Assembly: GCA_963765675.1 (NCBI GenBank)
Contig: CAVXXK010000007.1
Span: forward strand, 1 to 64,000
Origin: an uncultured delta proteobacterium
Lineage (GTDB): Bacteria; Desulfobacterota; Binatia; Binatales; Binataceae
Direction of reading: 5' to 3'
DNA: 64,000 bases
The position numbers were made by a program, and so were the translations under genes. This document shows, piece by piece, positions 18,413 through 30,200 of the stretch (the stretch's first letter is position 1; each line of letters begins with the position of its first letter). A model generated the notes under the pieces. That model was not told where the DNA came from. It made no database searches and saw only the letters and a list, made by a program, of their open reading frames with translations.

Positions 18413-21400
18413 AGTGTGTCTCTCATAGATCCGATCGATCGGTTAGCTGTGTCGGCAGACGATTCATCAGTCGCTCTCACTTGGTCGAGACAAGCCCGTA
18501 GCTTGTCAGCCAAAACTTCGACTTGAGGCTTGTAAACCATCGTGGCGTGATTGCCGGGAACGACTTGGACGTCAACTCCCTCAGCGGCCCACTCACTCCA
18601 CCCCAAGGTCGGATCAGATGAGCTTCCCGAAAGCTCCTGAGCAGCCTTGAAGAGCGTGATTCGACCCGGGTACCGATTCAGTATGTAGTTTCGTGTAGCT
18701 CGAAAATCCGCTTTGCAGAGTTCGATGAACGGCTGAGCTTGCGAGACTTCAATATCCGAGGGCACCAGGCCGGCTCTTTTCGCATGCTCGAGTACGCGCT
18801 CCAGCAGCTCGTGCTTTTGAAGGCTGGCGAGAGAGGCCCGGGGATCCAGTGAGAGACCGAAATAGCGCACAAAATCGACGAGCAATGTTGCCTCGAAATC
18901 CTCGTCCGCAAATTCCTCGTCGGCCGCGGGAATCCGTGTATCCAGCAAGACCAACAATGCCGTGCGTTGCCCCTGCGCGTGCAGTTGCTGTGCCATCTCG
19001 AAGGCCACCACTCCTCCCATGGACCATCCTCCAAGGAGGTACGGACCTTCGGCCTGCACGGTCCGCATCGCGTTTATGTAGTAAGCTGCCATCTCTTCGA
19101 TGCGCGTTTGCGGTTCCTGTCCCTCTTCCAGTCCTCTCGCCTGGAGCCCATAGCAGGGCTGATCGGGACCCAAGCAATTGACCAGGTGAACGTAAGGGAA
19201 AACGTGTCCGCCAGCCGGATGTATCAAGAAGAGTGGCCGTCTAGTGCCACCCGGTTGAATAGCCACGAGAGATGAACTTGGCGGCACTTTGGAGTGCTCG
19301 CTGAGAATAGTTGCGAGATGCTCAACCGTTCCTCCGCGGAACACAGTGGCTAGTGGGATCTTCTTGCCCAGTCTCTTTTCTATCAACGCGAACAAACGAA
19401 CGGCAGCAAGGGAATGTCCTCCCAGCTCGAAGAAATTGTCCGTCACACCGATCGGCCGAACACCCAAAACCTCTTCCCACAGACTAGTGAGCTGGAGTTC
19501 CAGCGCATTTCGCGGCGCGATGTACACCTTTCCAGGTTCTGATCGCGTTTGCTCGGGATACGGCAGCGCTGCTCGGTCTACCTTGCTGTTGGGCATCAAC
19601 GGCAACGCATCGAGAGGCACGAAGACCGCTGGTATCAAATAGTCAGGTAGCTTCTCTTTCAGAAACGCACGCAGCTCGCTCGCCGTCGGCAAAGACTCCG
19701 GCCTGCTGACCACATAGGCCACCAACTGCTTTTCTCCGGGACCGTTTTCCCGAGCCAAAACGACTGTCTCGCGTACGGCAGAATGCTGGCGAAGCACTGC
19801 CTCGATCTCCCCGAGTTCGACCCGGAACCCGCGAATCTTCACCTGAGCATCAACTCGACCGAGGAACTCGATATTTCCGTCGGAGAGATAGCGGGCGAGA
19901 TCGCCCGTTTTGTACAGTCGCGCTCCCGGTTTACCACTGAAGGGGTTCGGGACGAACTTCTCCGCAGTCAAATCGGCTCTATTCAGGTAGCCTCTGGCCA
20001 GGCAGTCACCGCCGATATGCAGTTCGCCTGGAACTCCCACCGGAACAGGATTACCGTACTTATCAAGAATGTAGGCCTCTCTGTTAGTGAGTGGACGACC
20101 AATAGGAATCCTCTGAAGGGTCCAGAGCTCGGCGAATCGCGATGTGATCTCAAATGTTGTAGCTGTTATTGTCGCCTCAGTCGGTCCGTATGCATTGATC
20201 AGACGGACTGAACTCATCGGAGTTCGATTCCATAGATTGAGAAACTCCGGCAACATCGTATCTCCACCGACGACCAAGACCCTGACCTGGTTATCGGGGA
20301 CCAGGTCCTCAAGGTCTGCCCACTCTCGCGCCAGCTCCTGCCAGTAGCCAGTCGGAAGATTGAGTACGGTGAGTCGATGCTCCGAAATTGTCTTATAGAA
20401 TTCGGTGGTGTCCCATACCTCTGTGCTCATCATGACCAGGGTCGCGCCGACGACGAGTGTAGGCAGGATTTGTTCCAATGATAGGTCGAAACTCAAGGAT
20501 GCAAACTGGAGTACCTTATCACTTGAATCCAGTGCGTAGTACTTTTGACCGTTCAGGCAATGTGCGACGATTGAAGCATGGGAAATAAGAACCCCCTTCG
20601 GCTGACCAGTGGATCCTGAGGTATAGATTATGTAAGCCAGATTCTCAGGCATGGTTAGGCTATTAAGGTTCTCCGCACTCTCCTGGGCAATTGCCGCCGA
20701 ATCTGAGTCGAAACAGACGACCTTCGCATGGTGTTCAGGCAATCCCGGCAGCAACGCTTCCTGAGTTAGAAGTACCGGGGCCTGGGCATCTTCCAGCATG
20801 AAGGCGAGTCGCTCCTTCGGATACGCTGGATCCAGGGGAACGTAGACCCCGCCTGCCTTCAGGATGCCAAGCAATCCGACGATCATGTCCAACGTGTGCT
20901 TGAGGCAGACTCCAACCCGCACTTCCGGTCCCACTCCCAGAGACCGCAGATGATTAGCGACCTGATTGGCGCGACGGTTCAGTTCTTTGTAGGTCAGCTG
21001 TTCGTCTTCAAGGACGACCGCTATCGTTTCAGGAGCTCGCTCTACCTGCGCCTCAAAGAGTTGATGGATGCTCAGGTCCCTGGCATAGTCCATCGTGGTA
21101 TCGTTCCAGTCTACTAGTAATTGCTGCCCCTCTGCTTCGCTAAGTAGCGGCAAGTCAGAGAGCCGTCGCTCAGGGGCGACTGCGACGCTCTGCAGCAAGG
21201 TCGCGAGATGGCCAAGCATCCGTGCAATAGTAGCAGACTCAAACAAATCGCTGTTGTACGCTAGCGTTCCGACGAGACCTTGATCGGTATCGGCGATATG
21301 GAGGGTTAAATCAAAATGAGTCGTTCCGGTGTCAACTTCCACCGGACTCAGGTTCAATCCAGGCAGTTCCACCGGCTGCAGCGATCCATTCTGTAGCACG

Positions 21401-24400
21401 AACATCACCTGGAATAGAGGATTACGGCTTAGATCTCTTGCCAGGTGCAATTCTTCGACCAGCCTTTCAAAGGGGAGATCCTGATGCGCATAAGCTCCCA
21501 AACAGACTTCCCGAACCCGGCGTAAAAGTTCTCGAAAAGTCGGATCGCCCGCGAGGTCGGTGCGCAATACAAGCGTGTTTACGAAAAATCCTATCAATCC
21601 CTCAATTTCCAGCCGGTTACGGTTGGCGATCGGCGTGCCTATGACCATGTCGTCTTGGTTCGTGTACCTATGCAACAAAACCTGGAAGGCCGCCAGCAGG
21701 GTCATGAACAAAGTGACCCCTTCTCGGCGGCTTAGTTCCTTCAACCCATTGCCTACGGTTCGTGGCAATAAGATAGATTGGCGCGCACCATGAAAAGTTT
21801 GTACGGCCTGCCTTGGATGGTCGCGCTGGGAGCTCCAGGACTTGAGGCGCGCCAAGCAGTTGCTGCTTCCAATAGGTCAGTTGGGTTTCCAGAACCTCAC
21901 CCTGCAACCAACCCTGTTGCCAATGGGCAAAGTCTGCGTATTGGACGGGAAGCTCTGGCAGTGATGGAGGCTTTCCGGAACAAAAGGCGTCGTAGAGTAC
22001 CGCCATCTCCCGGATTAGGATTCCGGTCGACCAACCGTCGGAAACGATATGATGCATCGTCAGAAGTCCAACGTGCTCGTTTTCGCCGAGCCGCAGGACG
22101 GTAGCCCGCACGAGCGGACCTACGGCCAAATCGAAAGGCCGTTGCGCTTCGTTCGTCGCCAGGCGCTGGATCTCGGTCTCCCTTTCCGCCTCAGGCAGGT
22201 CTCGCAAATCCACTATCGGCAGAGCTAACCTCAGGAGCGGTGCGATAACTTGGACCGGGCGGCCATCCACAGTAGCGAAGGTCGTCCGCAGGGCTTCATG
22301 ACGCTTCACAATTGCGTCGAGGCTCTGCTTAAGCGCCGACACGTTGAGCGGTCCCTTGAGACGGATGGCGGCAGGGAAATTATAGACAGAGCCACCCGGT
22401 TCGAGCTGATCAATGAACCAGAGACGCTGCTGAGCAAAGGACAGAGGTAGTCCTCCATCCCGCGCAATGGGCACAATCGGGGGAGCTATCAGTCCTGACC
22501 TGCTACCTACTTCAACGCTTTCTGCCAGGCCTGCGACGGTGGGCGCCTCGAACAGGCGGCGCAGCGGCACCTCCACCTGGAAGGCTTCGCGGATTCGGGA
22601 AACTACCTGGGTAGCTAACAGTGAGTGGCCGCCAAGCTGAAAAAAGTCATCGTAGATACCGACTCGTTCGACACCAAGGACTTGGGCCCAGATCTCCGTG
22701 ATTAGCTCTTCCGTAGGTGTGCGGCATGCCACGAATGCTTCTTCCAGCTCGGGTCGCCGGTCGTCCGGCGCCGGCAGTGCGCGGCGGTCCACCTTACCGT
22801 TGCCGTTTAGTGGAAAAGCATCCACTAGCACAAAGACCGCAGGTACCAAATACTCGGGCAGCTTGTGTTTCAGAAAACCGCGCAGCTCGCTCGCAGTGGG
22901 GCGTGTTTCTCTCCCGGCTGCCACGTAGGCAACCAACCGTTTCTCTCCGGACCCGACGTCCTGAGCCTGTACGATCGCCCCCCGCACCAGTGGATGTTGT
23001 CCAAGCGTTTCCTCAATTTCTCCAAGTTCGATCCGGAACCCGCGGACCTTAACCTGGTGATCGCCACGACCCACGAACTCGATGTTTCCGTCTGGCCTGA
23101 TAGCGCGCGAGATCCCCGGTATCATACAGCCGCGACCCTGACTCGTCGCTGAAGGGATCAGGAATAAATTTCTCGGCGGTCAACTCGGGCCGCCCGACAT
23201 AGCCCCGTGCCAGACTAAGACCACCTATGTACAAGTTACCCACGACGCCGATCGGAAGCAGGCGAAGTGAGTTGTCTAAAATGTGTGCCTGCGCGTTCGG
23301 TATAGGTCGCCCGATCGGAATTGCGCAATCAGTATTGCCCTCTTCGCATGGCCAATATGTACAGTCGATGATTGTCTCAGTCGGTCCATAGACGTTGTAC
23401 AACTTGGCCCGGGTGCGACTTTGGAATTGCCTGACATTCTCGGACGCCAGGGCCTCGCCGCCGCACATCACGGCACGCATGGTCAAGGCGTCATTGAACG
23501 CGGGTTCCTCGACGAGCAGCCGCAAAAGCGACGGAACGCAGTGAAGAATCGAGATCCGTTCTCGATGAATCATCTCTGCGACGTATCGGCAATCCCGATG
23601 ACCGTTGGGTTCCGCTATCATTAGCGTCCCCCCAGATATCAATGTCGGGAAGATTTCACGCCCAGCGGCATCGAAGGTGATAGGAGTTTTCAAGAGACAG
23701 CGATCGAGAACTGACAGTTCAAGAGCGTCAATTATCCAGTTGACTGCATTAACAAGTCCAGCCTGTTCGACCATTACGCCTTTCGGCTGCCCCGTCGAAC
23801 CTGAAGTGTAAATCACGTACCCGAGGTTTTTCGCGGTTGCTATTGTTGGAGGGGCATTCTCGCTACGCCTGGAGATGGTGTCCCAGTCCGAATCGACGCA
23901 GACGATCTCGACTCCGAGCTCTGGCATGCTGTCGCGCAAAGTTTGCTGTGTTAGCAGCACCTGCGCGCGAACATCTTTGACTACGTAGGCTATGCGCTCC
24001 TGCGGATACTCAGGATCCAAAGGCACGTAAGCTCCGCCAGCCTTAAGTATGCCAAGGATCCCCACGACCATCTCCAGCGAACGGTTCATGCAGATGGCGA
24101 CAGGAATTTCCGGCCCGACGCCGAGACCTTGCAGATGATTCGCGAGTTGGTTGGCGCGAGCGTCCAACTGGCTGTAGGTCAAAATTCGGTTCTGAAAAAC
24201 GATCGCGACATTCTCGGGCTGTTGCCGGGCACGTTCCGCGAAAAGTTCATGGATACATTTGCTTTCAGCGTAATCGGTCCGCCTATCGTTGAACTCAACC
24301 ACCAGTTGGCGTCGCTCATCGCGACTCAGGATATCCAGATCTACGATTGGCGATTCCGGATTTGCGCAGACGCTCTCCAACAGAGTCCGGAACTCTTGCG

Positions 24401-25646
24401 CTACGCGGTTGACATCCTCAGCGCAGAACAAGCTGGAGTCGTAATGAAGCTCCGTGACCAGAAGGCCCCCGCGTTGCACGCAGGAGAGTTTCAGCTTGAA
24501 GCGATCAGAGCAGCTGTATTGCTTCTGAATGGAAAATGTCGCGTCGCTCTCGGTGCAGTTCGTCTCCGCATTCTGGAATTCAAAAGCTACCGGAAAGAAG
24601 CGGCATGCGTCGATTTCGCGATCCCATCGAGGAAGTTGTCCGAGGTCGAAATACTCCTGCCATTCAACGGCTTCCCGCGCCGACCCATTAGTCCGCTCCA
24701 GAACTTCACTGAACCGAAGCTGCTCTTCGAGCCGACAGTGAACCGGCAGCGTCTTGGCAAACAGGCCGAGCGCTTCCTGCAGCTCTTCGTAAGTACGCCC
24801 ATCACACGCTAAGCCGATCACAAAGTCCGATTCGCCAGCGAGACGCCAGAGCAGGATTTGCCAACAAGCCAGGAAGAACGTAGAGGCCGAGGCGTCATAC
24901 TTGGCCGCGAGCTTTTCAATCTTCGAGGTCAACTCAGGATCGCCCGCCGCCGTCAGAACCCGGGGCTCGAAGGCCACTCTCGCGGAAGGCCGCTTTTCGA
25001 AAGACAGCGCCGGAACGCGGGAAGCAGACACTTCCACTTCGCGCCAGTGCTTTCTTCCTTCCTGCGCTTCCTCCGATTCCAACAGGTTATTTTCCCACTC
25101 GGCGAGGTCGGCATATTGAGAGGGGCCGCCTGATGATTCCGCGCGGCGTACAAAAGATGAATAGCGGCGGCTAATCTCGCGCACCAGAATCCTGAGTGAT
25201 GCCGCATCCATACACAGCGACGGCGCGTTGACGAGCAAAATGTGCCGGTCGGCCGCAAGGGCTAGCAAAGAGATGCGCAGCACCGGTCCGTTCGCAAGGT
25301 CGAAGGGAATTCGGCCAACTTCCTGAAACAACGCCTCGATCTCCGCCTCTTGGCGCGAACTGTCCCACGTACTTAAGTCGTATTCCTCTATCCTGGGCGC
25401 ATTTAGCTCGTTCACTCCTTGAAGAGGAACTTTTGTTCCGTGTGGGCAATTAAAGGTGGTTCGTAGGATCTCGTATCGATCAGAGAGGTCCCGCAGGACA
25501 GCCTTGAGAATCCGCAGATTGATGCTCCCCTCGATGAGGATGGCGCATTGCGCACGATACTGCCGTTCGTCGCCGGCCTGTAGCAGTGACCACAGATGCC
25601 TTTGCTGAGGTGAAAGCCGAAATCCTTCAATAACGTCCATTTGCAT
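18409..25646 (-). CDS. Dimodular NRPS C*(interface-like)-A-T-C-A-T-TE, split into three ORFs by frameshifts at ~23099 and ~21823
   Basis: Two [11 protein letters not shown] and YGPTE A domains, T motifs LGGHSLLA and LGGHSLAA, C2 [16 protein letters not shown]; first C has [10 protein letters not shown] instead of HHxxxDG; both breaks fall mid-domain. Confidence 0.9.
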
Positions 25647-25656
25647 TCGAGTAGTT

Positions 25657-27240
25657 CTACTTTTGCGCGACGGCTTCGATGCTGGGTTGCGACGTTTTGA
25701 TATTCCTGCGCTTCACGTGTCTCAGCTTTTGAATATTGACTTCCTTCTGCTCCTTTCGGAGGTTCACCTGATGTTGCCGGTCCGTCGCGGCGAGCGTTAG
25801 CTTCAACGCATCCAGTCTGGCGGTTGGCTCTCGAAGTATGCGACGCAAAAGTATTTCGAAATGCTGTGACATCCGGGCAATGGTCGCGGCTTCAAACAGG
25901 TCGCTGTTGTATCGCGTGGACGCGGCCAGCGATTCCTCTGTCTCGATTATCAACAACACCAGGTCGAGAGTGGCGGCACGGCGTTCCAGCGCTATCGACT
26001 CCAGAACGAGTCCGCCGGGATTCATGCGCAGCCCCGTTTCTGCCGCCACAAATGAAGGCCCGCCTTGTTGCGCGATGCGGTGGGGCTTGTCGAGCACGAA
26101 CATTACCTGGCACAGGGGAGGGCGGCTCAGCTCGCGGGGCGGGCGCAGTCGCTCAACCAATAGCACGGTAGGGAAATCCTGATGCTCGAGTGCAGACAGT
26201 ACTGTGTGGCGAACCTGGTCAAGAAATGCCCCGAACGTGGGGTTACCGCAGAGATTCGTCCTTAAAACTACGGGGTTCGTAAAGAGGCCGACGATACCTT
26301 CGAACTCGGCGCGGCTCCTGCCCACCATGGGAGTTCCCACCAATAGGTCTTCCTGGCCGCTATGGTAAGAAAGCACTACCTGAAACGCTGCGAGAAGCAC
26401 CATGTACAGCGTCGCTCCATGAGCCTTGGAGAGAGCCTTAAGCCCGGCGCTCAGCTCCGCGTCCAGGGTGAAGTCGTGCGATGCCCCTTGATAGGTCGGG
26501 AACGCTGGTCGCGGCCGGTCGGTCGGAAGATCCATCACCGGCAATTGTCCGGCCAATTGTTCCCGCCAATATGCCCACAGTCGCTCTCCGTCAGGGCCCG
26601 CCAGCGTCTCAGCCTGCCAACGGACATAGTCGGTGTATTGCAAATCAAGAGGAGGCAGAGTCCCTTTCACGCCGGCGATTTCCGCCGGATATAGGACCCC
26701 GAGTTCATTCAGGAGTATTGCGAGAGACCAGAAGTCGATCACTATGTGATGGACGACCAGCAGAAGAATATGTTCCCGTGCCGACCGCATGATCAGACTG
26801 ACTCGCAAAAGTGGCCCTCGTTCAAGATCAAACGGACGATACGCTTCGTCGAGCAATCGGCACTTCAGTTCGTCGCCGTTCCAGGTCGAGCCGTCCACTT
26901 CCTCGAAGCTGACCTTCTGGTGTTCGTGGACCTGCTGGACTGGTTTACCGGAGTGTGCGGGAAAAGTAGTGCGAAGCGAAGGGTGGCGATCGACCAGCCT
27001 CTGCAACGCGCCTCGCAGAGCAGGAACGTTTATGTCGGATGAGATGCGCGCGGCAAAATTGACGTTGTAAACCGTGCTCTCCGGCGCGAGTTGATAAAGA
27101 AACCAAATGCCCTGCTGATTATACGAGAGAGGATAAATTAATTTGGAGCCGCTCGTCTGCTTGCGAAGAAGCTGCGCAAGCAAGGCCCGCCTTTCGCCCG
27201 GTGAGAGATCCGCGATTCGCTTGGAAGTGCTGCTATTCAC
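25657..27240 (-). CDS. Stand-alone condensation domain protein with terminal docking-like segments
   Basis: PLSYNQQGIWF, RHPSLRTTF, HHIVIDFWS; N-terminus RIADLSPGERRALLAQLL; basic C-terminal tail. Confidence 0.92.
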   Translation of the reverse strand: MNSSTSKRIADLSPGERRALLAQLLRKQTSGSKLIYPLSYNQQGIWFLYQLAPESTVYNVNFAARISSDINVPALRGALQRLVDRHPSLRTTFPAHSGKPVQQVHEHQKVSFEEVDGSTWNGDELKCRLLDEAYRPFDLERGPLLRVSLIMRSAREHILLLVVHHIVIDFWSLAILLNELGVLYPAEIAGVKGTLPPLDLQYTDYVRWQAETLAGPDGERLWAYWREQLAGQLPVMDLPTDRPRPAFPTYQGASHDFTLDAELSAGLKALSKAHGATLYMVLLAAFQVVLSYHSGQEDLLVGTPMVGRSRAEFEGIVGLFTNPVVLRTNLCGNPTFGAFLDQVRHTVLSALEHQDFPTVLLVERLRPPRELSRPPLCQVMFVLDKPHRIAQQGGPSFVAAETGLRMNPGGLVLESIALERRAATLDLVLLIIETEESLAASTRYNSDLFEAATIARMSQHFEILLRRILREPTARLDALKLTLAATDRQHQVNLRKEQKEVNIQKLRHVKRRNIKTSQPSIEAVAQK

Positions 27241-30200
27241 CTTTCCTGACGTCCTCTTTAGTCAATAGATCAGTGAGCAGTGAATTCACTTCCTCATCCG
27301 AGTACTGGTCGAGATTCTCCAACAGATGTTCTTCGATGCCGTTTCCTGGCTGTCCTCGGGAGTGACCATTTGTCGAGGCAGGAAGCACCGGAGCGCCAAA
27401 AGTCTCAGATGTGAGTAGCAGAAGCAGTTGCGACGCGGCCTGTTCAACGCTAGGGCCTGAGAGAAAGGTGACGATCGGCACGTTAACGCCCAAGTCAACC
27501 ACAATTCGATTTTTCAACTCGACTGCCATCAAGGAGTCCAGCCCCAGATTGCTGAGCGGTTGCTGTACATCCAGCTTTGATGGTGACTGCCCTAGCACTC
27601 GAGCCACAATCTCAGTCAGGTAAGAACGAACTAAGTGGAGGCGCTCCGCTGGTTCTGCGGCAAGGACCGCATTCCTCTTCTCGCCGGGATGGCCTGGTTG
27701 CGGCGAGTTGTCGGCTTCCTCACGTGCAAGCTCGCAGAGCAGCCGCGACTCAGTGCCTGTTGGATAAAACTGGCGATAGCGCCCCCAATCAACGGGTACC
27801 ACCGCGACCTGGACCGCGCCGTGACCCAGCAGCCGGTCCATCGCCGCCAGCGCTTGCGCCGGTGCGATGCTCCTGATTCCCGCCAGCGCGAGGTGCGTCG
27901 CAAGGCGCTTTCCCCCGGGCGTTTCGGCGAAACCCAATCCGCTCCACGCTCCCCAGTTGATGCTCAGCGCCGGTTTGCCCAGCGCTCTTCGATGATGGGC
28001 GAGCGCATCGAGGAAGGCGTTTGCCGCGGCATAGTTTCCCTGGCCAGGCTGGCCCAGCAGGGAGCCCGCGGAAGAAAAGAGTACAAAGAAGTCCAAAGCA
28101 TCGTCTTTGAGTAGGCGATGCAGCAGCCAGCCGCCGATCATCTTGGGGCGTAAAACTGAATCCATTGCCGCTGCATCGAGCTGCATCAGCAGTCCGTCTT
28201 GCAAAACTCCCGCCGCGTGCACGACGCCTCGAATCGGCGGCCAGCCCTCAGCTCGAAACTCGTCCAGATAGGCGGTTAACTGTCCTTCGTTTGCAACATC
28301 CACGGCGGCCAGATGCACGCACGCTCCCAGGGCTTCCAGCTCACGAATCGCGGTAATTTGATCTGCCAGCCGGCTACCCGCTTCTGCTGAGTTCCATCGC
28401 GCGCGCGGCGGAAGCTTGGTGCGTCCCATAAGAATCAATCGGCGAGCACCTTGCTCTACCATCCAGCGGGCGACCGAAAGGCCAAGCGCTCCCAGCCCAC
28501 CGGTGATTAAGTAGGAGCCGTCAGCGCGCCAGCTAATTGGAGCGGGCTGCGTGCTGGATCGGTGTTTGCGCGCCAGACGGCCTACGCATCGTCGCCCTTG
28601 TCGGAACGCAATCTGATCCTCTCCGTCAGAAGCGGAGACTTCTTTCCACAACTGATGAGCGGTGTCCTCAGAAACCGAAGGCCTGGGTTCCAGGTCTATC
28701 AGTCCTCCCCAGAACATGGGGTGCTCCTGAGCGATAACGCGACCCAATCCCCACAGAGGCGCCTGGGCCGTGTCGAGTCGTAAGGGTTCTTCTCCGGCGG
28801 GTTGAGCGCCGCGCGTAATCAGCCACAGGCGAGGCAAGTGATTCTGTTCAACCCGAGCTAACTCCTGGACTAACTGTAAGACACTGCCACAGCCGAGAGT
28901 CTGAGCTGTCTTAAGCGAACGGACACTGGTGTCTTCTGGAAGGCCAGCATCAAGACTCCAGAGATGGACAATAGCTCGGCAGACTGGTTGATCTGGCGCC
29001 GACACCGCCTCAAGTAGATGTCGCATGTCCTCCGGTCGTTCGGCATTGATGCGATAATGCTCGCCGTCCGTGCGCTCGAATGATTCACCACGATTGACGA
29101 TGATGCTGCCGCCACCTTGTGCCTCGATCAGCGCTCCGAGCCGTTCTCCGACGCCGCTGCTGTCTGCAAAGATAAGCCAGTTGCCGGAAGCTTCAGCGGC
29201 CGGTTCTTCACTCGAACGCTCTCTTGACCGCCACTGGAATTCGTAAAGCCAATCGTCCAGGTTCTCTTCCGTAGCGTGCTTCGTATCCTTGCCTATGCGA
29301 TCGAACCGCACTCCGACAATTTCGACCGCCACCCGGCCGGTTTCATCGAGGAGCCGTACGTCTCCCTTAACGCTATCTGTACCGGTTGCCCGCAGATGAG
29401 CGTGACTCCACAGATTCAAACCCTGGGCGCCGTGGATTCGAATCTCATCTATATGAGTGGGCATGTGGATGCCCGGCTCGTCGTTTCCTGTCGCTTGAGC
29501 GGCTACACCCGCTCCAAGGGTTTGAAGGCAAGCGTCCACAAGGGCAGGATGTAATTGACAGGCGTCGAACTCTCGATGCGGTCCATCGGGGACTTTCACT
29601 TGACCCAGCATTTCACCGTTGCATCGCCACAACTGAGTGATGCTTTGGAAAGAGGGGCCATAGTCGACGCCACTTTCGTGAAGCCTCAAATAGTAGTCTT
29701 GTCCGGAGATCTGCTGCGAGCATCGAGACTGGACTTGAGCAAGCGTTTCCTGTTCGACAACTGGGTAAGTGTCAGGCTCTGGTACAGGACAAAGCTTTGC
29801 TGTCGCATGCAATGTCCATGTCCGATTGGTTTGCTCAGAACCGCGCGCGCAACTGTAGATCTGAACCGATGTGGCCGCGTCTGCACCGGGAGAGAGGATC
29901 ACCTGAGTCGTCCGGGCGCCGCCGTCGGGGATGAAGAGCGCTTTGCGAAATTCCACATCTTTCAGCGCAAAAGATTGCGACGGGAACGTCTCAGCCCCCG
30001 CGGCTAGTGCCATCTCCATGTAGAGCGCCGCGGGCAGCACTGCGGCGCCTTCGACGCGATGGTCATCAATAAAGGACTGCGCGCTCCTATCCAGAACGCC
30101 CTCCCAGAAGTGGGTTTCCGTTTGCGCCGATTTGAAATGCCGGCCGAGAAGAGAATGCTTCGCCACCAAATCCGGATCTCGCGAAACGTGGCTCACATCG

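Noticed and set aside
18409-25646. Three separate NRPS genes or programmed frameshifting
   Set aside because: The breaks fall inside A and C domains and no slippery sequence is visible.
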